From the IMG/VR virus record IMGVR_UViG_3300031159_000070, positions 1 through 64,000 of that record: 64,000 nucleotides of DNA. One strand, 5' to 3'. The notes under the pieces were generated by a model. It was not told the origin of the DNA. It searched no databases and was given only the letters and a program-made list of their open reading frames with translations. Shown piece by piece: positions 58,362 to 64,000 of the stretch. The position numbers and the translations under genes were made by a program. Every line of letters starts with the position of its first letter. Within the stretch, counting starts at the first letter, position 1. The stretch is from a virus.

Positions 58362-59251
58362 CGTGGATTAGGAGCGTGCTGGTCGTAACAAGCGCAAAGC
58401 TCGCTGAGCTTCTTTTGGTAATGCTCTACTCTCTCGCGATCACCACGATCTGCCCAAAATCTCAGCCAATGCTTGGTTCGCCCAATATCGACTTTGAGCT
58501 TGAACGCTTTGTCGCGATGCAACCTGATCATGCGTTTTCGCCCGCGCTCTTTGTGTTCCATCAAGAATCTTGGGTCCGCATCTCTTCTTTTGATCCCTTT
58601 GGCGAGAGCTTCTCGATAGTCTGGTCTGATGATAGTTCTTGTTCTGGCTGCGTCTTGAGCTGCTCTGAACGACGGATCGCGATTTAGAGCTGCCATCGTT
58701 CTGCTAGCGGCTCGAGATTGTGCGATAGCGAACTCAGGCTTTTGCCGCATGAGCTGAAACCGCAGACGACTTTCTCGCTTGTAGTCTGGGTCAATACGAA
58801 GTGCTTCGCGCGCTTTTCGAAGGCGCTCGCGAGTAGCGGCTGCGAACTCTGGCTGCTGGTGAAGCTGCTTCATTCGTTCGCTGGCATGCCTGTAGGCTGC
58901 CGCTCTTTTCATCGGGTCGATAAGAAGTACACCATCTCCTCCAGCAGTTGCATTATAGAGATGGCATTTTTTCCGCAGCTGACTTATGAACTTCTTCTCT
59001 TCTTGCTTTGCCTGATCGGCCGTTAGATTGCTTGCCAGAACAACGAACTCAAAGGCTTCGAACCCATACTTGCGAATGGCTCTGTAAAACGGCCAATCGA
59101 CGTTGTTCTTGGCGGCTTGTTGATGATCGCGGTTCCGCCTTTTCGGCCGACAAGTGATGCCCACGTACTTGATGTGACCGAAGTCAGGATGAGCTTTTTG
59201 CACCATCCGGTAGCCATAAACGATCCAGTTTTGGACGATCTTCTGGCTCAT
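58358..59251 (-). CDS. GIY-YIG homing endonuclease with repeated C-terminal helices
   Basis: IVYGY..KYVGIT..R..H..FYRAIRKYG..F..E..YN; visibly more AT-rich. Confidence 0.85.
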   Translation of the reverse strand: MSQKIVQNWIVYGYRMVQKAHPDFGHIKYVGITCRPKRRNRDHQQAAKNNVDWPFYRAIRKYGFEAFEFVVLASNLTADQAKQEEKKFISQLRKKCHLYNATAGGDGVLLIDPMKRAAAYRHASERMKQLHQQPEFAAATRERLRKAREALRIDPDYKRESRLRFQLMRQKPEFAIAQSRAASRTMAALNRDPSFRAAQDAARTRTIIRPDYREALAKGIKRRDADPRFLMEHKERGRKRMIRLHRDKAFKLKVDIGRTKHWLRFWADRGDRERVEHYQKKLSELCACYDQHAPNPR

Positions 59252-59711
59252 GGCCTACTCCAGCGCCGGCTCGTAGATCGAGAACGTGTAGACTTCCTCG
59301 ATCAGCGGCTCGTCGTAGATGTACTCTGTCGTCGGCGTCTGATCGCCGATGTAGCGGCCCCACTTGTGCCAGCGCCAGCCGTCCCGGGCCGGCTGCTCAT
59401 CGCGTCGAATACGCACAAAGCTGGCGAAGACCTTCTCGGGAGAATCCCGCAGCCCCAGCCGCTCGACAGCCTGTTCCGGCGTGTCGCAGACGCCGTGATC
59501 TATGGCGAGACGGTGCTTGACCGGCACGAGGTCTTCGAGCGACCAGTGCGTTGCAAGGTACATGCCCTGGCCGATGCGCTTCGGGATAATGATGTCGTCG
59601 GCCGGATCGATGAGCTTTCCGGTCGACACCGCGCCAAGGATCATGGCGAGGAACGGATCTGGTTTCTTGAATGTCACGTCGACAAGCATCGTCATACTCC
59701 TGATCGCAGTA

Positions 59712-59728
59712 GACAAGCTACACTAGAC
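59712..59728. promoter_or_regulatory. 17-bp operator-like site
   Basis: GACAAG-CTACA-CTAGAC, intergenic. Confidence 0.7.
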
Positions 59729-62700
59729 ATCGCAGTCATGCAAATTGAAGCTCGTGGGCCGAAGCCCCGGCAGCATGTTGGTCGTCTCTAGTTCGTAGAG
59801 GATAAGGGGCTCCAGGCCCCAGGTTTGCGCTACAGGTAGCGCGCGACGTATTCGCCCGACAGCATTGTATCATGAATGCGCCGTGCGTCGTCTGTGCACC
59901 CCATCTCCCGCACACGACGGAGAGCGTCATCGCGGGTCAGATCCTCCACGCGGGGAGTATGGTGCTGAAACGCGCCGCGACGCCCGCCATTACTGATGGC
60001 GCGGGACCAGCGGCTGCCCGACCAAACGATGTACTCGGTCTCGAACGCCAGTTGGTTTACCCAGTACATGGTAGCGGGGAACAGCCTTTCGACGGCATCG
60101 CTTTCGCCCCATGCCAAGGCAAGCGCGGCAGCGTAATTCTCTGGTACTTCGCGCGTGCCGAACTCTGGTCCGCCGTCTCCCCATGCGCCGCGATAGCCGC
60201 CATTTCGCACAGAGTACCGCCACGTTCCGTCGCTCGTCATGGACAAGCGTTCGCAGTGGAACTCGTGCTCGCGGGTGATGCTGCGGGAGCCGCGTCCTGG
60301 ATGATTGACCATTTCCATTCTCCTGCCCCTGATCCCCGAGGCGCGGGTTGACGATAAGATGTTACCACTCCGCACACTGGTTATCCAAGCGGGTCGATTC
60401 ACGCTGCCGCCTGCTTCAGCATCTCCTGCGCCTCATCCTGCAGGATGTTACGTCCCTCATTCACGGTGTGGAAGGTCCACTTCTTGCCGGTGCGCCGCTC
60501 GTAGTCAGTCGATCGCCAGAAGGCGACCTGCTTGATGCGGAACAGCTTGCACACGGCAACGAGCTGGTCGCCGGGATCGCGAGCCTCTTCCTTCTGCAGC
60601 TTGCGGTAGATTTTGTCGAGAGTGCGCACCATCAGCTTGCAGGTCTGGCTATCGACGCAGTATGGGTAATACTCCCAGTCGCTCCAGATGATGCAGCGGT
60701 TGTGATCGCTGTAGAAGCCGCGCATCTGAAGAGAATCGAGGACCAGCCCGTCGAGATGATGGGGCGCGTCCCAAATGATGCTCTCGCCTTCGCTGCGCAG
60801 GCCAAGCACTTTCTCAGGTTCAAGGCTCGACCGTTTGCCGAACCCGACCATCAGGTATTCGGTGCTGTAGATGAAGTCGCGCTTGATGGTGGCGACGTAG
60901 TTATAGATCGGCTTTGTCATCGTCACCTCACGAGCACTTGCCGCGGCACCGCCGTTTCCTCGGCCGGCACCTTCTCCCCTTCGAGCTTGTCGGCGATCCT
61001 GTGGGCCCGACCCATGATGTCATTGAGCGAGGAGCGCCGTTCGTCGTTCCATTCGGCAATGAAGGTCTGGCGCTTTTCCGGGTCATCGATCTTCGAGACC
61101 GCGGACTCGTAAAGCTTCAGGTCGGACGGCTCTCCCAGCATGACGGTGCGCAGCGATGAGATCACCTCGTCGCGGTTGCGATCGATTGCGCCGTCCGGGC
61201 TTTCCTCGCCGGTTACGTGTTTCCAGAACTCTTTGAAACCGCCGAACATGAAGAACGGCACGTCCTGGTCCTCGAGGCGATCGCCATCGTCGCTATAGGC
61301 TTCGCCGCTGTACTGGCCGCCGCCGATCAGCACGAGCACGAGCGCTGCGATCTTGCGGCTCGGCGCTCGCATGGCAATCGGATCGGACGGATTGATGACT
61401 CGGTAGAGCATGAGTTTCCTCGCTATTTCGAGTTGCGATTGTCGCTCTCTTCGATGGCAACCGTCCAATCGCGTTTCTCGGCGTACTGCTTCACCCAGAG
61501 CGGGATCGCTTCTTTCGGCGTCGGCCGACCGCGGTTGCTCGCCTTCCGGCCGGCATCTTTCGGGACGAAGTGATAGCCGTCCTCGCGCTGCTCGACATGG
61601 CCGAGCATGACCTTCTTCTCGGGCTTGTAGGGATCGAACGCGATGACCTTCATGTCAGTTGCTCCGTGGTGCGCTTTTCCATCCGCTCCCATACGCCACG
61701 TTCGATGCGGGCGGAGCGGCCGGTCGCTGTCTCGCGGATCTTCACCCACTTGCGGCCTACAGATTCGATTGTGATGCCGCGGAAGCCCATACCGATTGCT
61801 GGCGCTTCGCCCTGTAGGAAGACGTGACAGTCGGGCCGCGGCCGTTTTCTGGGCATGTCGCTGCTCCGGTCAATCTGGCGTCATCACCACACAGAGCGCA
61901 GTCAGCTCCGCAAGCTTCATCCTGCGGAGCATCCGTGCTGCGGATCGCTCCTCTCTGGTCCCGCTGATCTCGAGGCTTGATGACAGGCAGCCGGCAATGA
62001 TGCTGGCGGTGTTTAGCCGGTCTCGTCCTGTTTTTTCGTGCAGCAGCGCGCCCATCCGAAGGACCCATTCGAGCTTTTCGGCATTGGTCGCGGCGACATA
62101 GTCCGCTCCGGTGCTTTCTCTAGTGAGCGAGCCGGCCACCGCCGGGCTCACCATGGCCGCCATTGCGGCAGCGAGTATCGCTCGTCTCATTTTTTCGATT
62201 TCCCTCAGTGAACACGATCCCGGACTCCGAGCGCATAGAACTTCTCGGCCAGCTCAGGGCAGAAGGCGGCATCGATTTTCGTTGGAGTGTCAGGGCGATC
62301 GTAGTAAGTCAGGCAGTGCTCAAGTGCGGCGCGAAAGTCTTCGTCGCTCTCGCACTTCTCAAGCGTCAAGTCGCCCTCGCAATAGGTGAAAATCTCGCGC
62401 TTGATCGGATTGCACCAGACGCCGAAGTAGGAGGCGTCCTGCCATGTATCGATCTGCGCCCAGCCTTCGCTGATGGTGAGCTTCTCATCGTATGTGAAGC
62501 GATCAGCGAACATCGATGCGGAGCCGCGCTCGAGCGTTGACATGGTCAGATCACTCCCGCATCGATTCTGGCCGCGACCTCGAGCATGCCTTTGCCGTCC
62601 AGCGGCCAATCCTCTGGATCAGTGTTTGGCCAAGCTTTCAGGGCGCAGCTTCGAGCACGATTTTCTGCTTGGAAGGCACGGTCAGCATAATGGCGCCGCT

Positions 62701-62811
62701 CGTCAGAGTCGGTCGCATTGTCGGCTCGTGATCGAAGATAGATCGCCTGAGCGCAGAACTGCTCGAAGTCCAGAACGGCTCTAGCACGTGCGATCGCGGC
62801 TTCTGATGAGC

Positions 62812-63162
62812 TCATCGTCTTGATCTCCTGACGTATGCCATCACCTCATCCGAAACGATGGCGAGCTGCGCCTCGACAAATCCGGTCGGCATTGTCTCGC
62901 TGGTGAGCTTGACGATGCCGGCTTTCTCCAGCGCTTCGGGCACGCCTTCGTTTTCTGACCAGCCCTTGAGCCAGACTTCGTTCTCGGCGAGTGGGCGGGA
63001 GCCGTAGGGCGCGAGGTTGACGGTGGCGACGTACTCGCGCTGTCCGGCGCGCTCGCAAATGAGAGCCAGGCCTCCGCCGGCGTCCGCCACATAGAAGCCG
63101 AACGCCAGCCGTCCGCCTTGTGAGTGCGTGCTCGGACCGATTCTGAATGGAGTGCGGTTCAT
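62812..63162 (-). CDS. DUF4313-like protein
   Basis: ATVNL..L.ENEV.LK.WSENEG..L...GIV..T......GFV. Confidence 0.5.
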   Translation of the reverse strand: MNRTPFRIGPSTHSQGGRLAFGFYVADAGGGLALICERAGQREYVATVNLAPYGSRPLAENEVWLKGWSENEGVPEALEKAGIVKLTSETMPTGFVEAQLAIVSDEVMAYVRRSRR

Positions 63163-63360
63163 CTCTTATTCGTGTCTCGCTTTTTCATTCCGTTTTCGAC
63201 AGCGGCCACGCAGACGAACCACCGTTCGAGCTCTCGGCTCAATCCGTGCTGATTGATGAATCGCGCGAGTTGAATCACGAGGGCTTTCTCGGTCCACCCC
63301 TGCTGTTCGATGATCTCAAGGCATCGTTTCGACAGGATGTTTTCGTAGGTCATTGTGGCT

Positions 63361-63723
63361 TCATCCATCCAGGTTCGCGGCTTCCAACTCGGCCTCGATC
63401 TTGAGCGGCTTGCCCATCCAGCGCTCGGGCTTGATCGCCCGGGCCCAGTCGGCAAAGGACGGAATGTGGCCAAGGTCCTCGATGACGTGCTGCTCGCCGA
63501 TCCAGCGCGTCGGGATCACGCGGCCAGTCGACAAGGTGATCGTGCGGCCGAAGATCGTCTCGGCCATGTAGATGCCTTCGGCGTGGTGGCGCAGAGCACG
63601 GTGCCGGAAGTCGGCGAGGATCTGTTTCGATTCATCGAACCACTCGTGAATGCGAACATAATCGTCGACCGTGCCGCCCCACTTCTTCACGCTTGAAAGG
63701 GCATGGTGATAGGGATGCGCCAT
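63361..63723 (-). CDS. DUF6915-like protein
   Basis: MAHPYHHALSSVKKWGG..HRALRHHAEG..GEQHV.EDLG.IP. Confidence 0.75.
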   Translation of the reverse strand: MAHPYHHALSSVKKWGGTVDDYVRIHEWFDESKQILADFRHRALRHHAEGIYMAETIFGRTITLSTGRVIPTRWIGEQHVIEDLGHIPSFADWARAIKPERWMGKPLKIEAELEAANLDG

Positions 63724-63728
63724 TGCTC

Positions 63729-64000
63729 TCACCACTCGTGTGACGAGTGCTCCTCGTGTGTGAAATAGTCGACGTGATCCAGCTCGATCTTCAGCTCATC
63801 GCCGACGTAGAATGTGAAGGTCCCGCGGCCGCCGTCGTTGTTCTCCCAACCGGCATGCTCCTGCTCGAGCAGATCCCAGCAGAGCTCACGGATCACCTCG
63901 TCGACAGTGCTGGTGTATTCGCGCGTGCTGCCGTCCCAATTCGCAAGCTCGATCGTCACTGCTTCCTTCGGCAACGCGTACCCTCGGCCGGGACGCAGGC
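63729..64000 (-). CDS. DUF6878-like protein (probably 5'-truncated by the window edge)
   Basis: WDLLEQEHAGWENNDGGRGTFTF. Confidence 0.65.
   Translation of the reverse strand, partial: LRPGRGYALPKEAVTIELANWDGSTREYTSTVDEVIRELCWDLLEQEHAGWENNDGGRGTFTFYVGDELKIELDHVDYFTHEEHSSHEW

Larger units (their letters stand above)
1..64000. mobile_element. Temperate phage/prophage early region (integration, immunity, recombination, replication, accessory array); extends beyond the window
   Basis: Integrase, excisionase, divergent CI/Cro, RecET, DnaB plus initiator, and a dense array of small co-oriented ORFs; no structural genes in the window. Confidence 0.92.
26883..64000 (-). other. Dense leftward array of small phage accessory genes (mostly 50-200 aa, many with ATGA/GTGA overlaps)
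   Basis: Near-contiguous minus-strand ORFs with RBSs; only the recognisable members are listed separately. Confidence 0.85.

Noticed and set aside
1-64000. tRNA or rRNA genes and att sites
   Set aside because: No convincing T-loop/acceptor-stem pattern found by eye; the att site probably lies just outside the window beyond the integrase stop

Overview
A GC-rich temperate phage/prophage segment, most likely from an alphaproteobacterial host (Hyphomicrobiales; the porin looks Hyphomicrobium-like). It covers only integration, early and replication functions; no head, tail or lysis genes are visible. Layout: (i) 1-15543, minus strand: tyrosine integrase, excisionase, two outer-membrane beta-barrels, an intein-containing AAA+ ATPase, GapR-like and MarR regulators, DNA ligase, macrodomain, thermonuclease, RecT/RecE and a CI-like repressor; (ii) 15631-26896, plus strand: Cro, GcrA-like protein, a membrane-anchored winged-helix protein, DnaB, an initiator with internal iterons, prim-pol, VRR-NUC and an MT-A70 methylase; (iii) 26883-64000, minus strand: a dense array of many small, often stop/start-overlapping genes including ThyX, a PRTase, a second AAA ATPase, RtcB, Lar and a GIY-YIG endonuclease. 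The strongest signals not explained by genes are a 17-bp palindrome GTCWAG-N5-CTWGAC at about 15 mostly intergenic sites, a ~320-nt highly base-paired non-coding region just upstream of dnaB, a candidate anti-Shine-Dalgarno sRNA next to the phage porin, and a DNA-level direct/inverted repeat array inside the membrane-tethered DNA-binding gene. All family calls come from motif recognition by eye; no database search or folding program was run.
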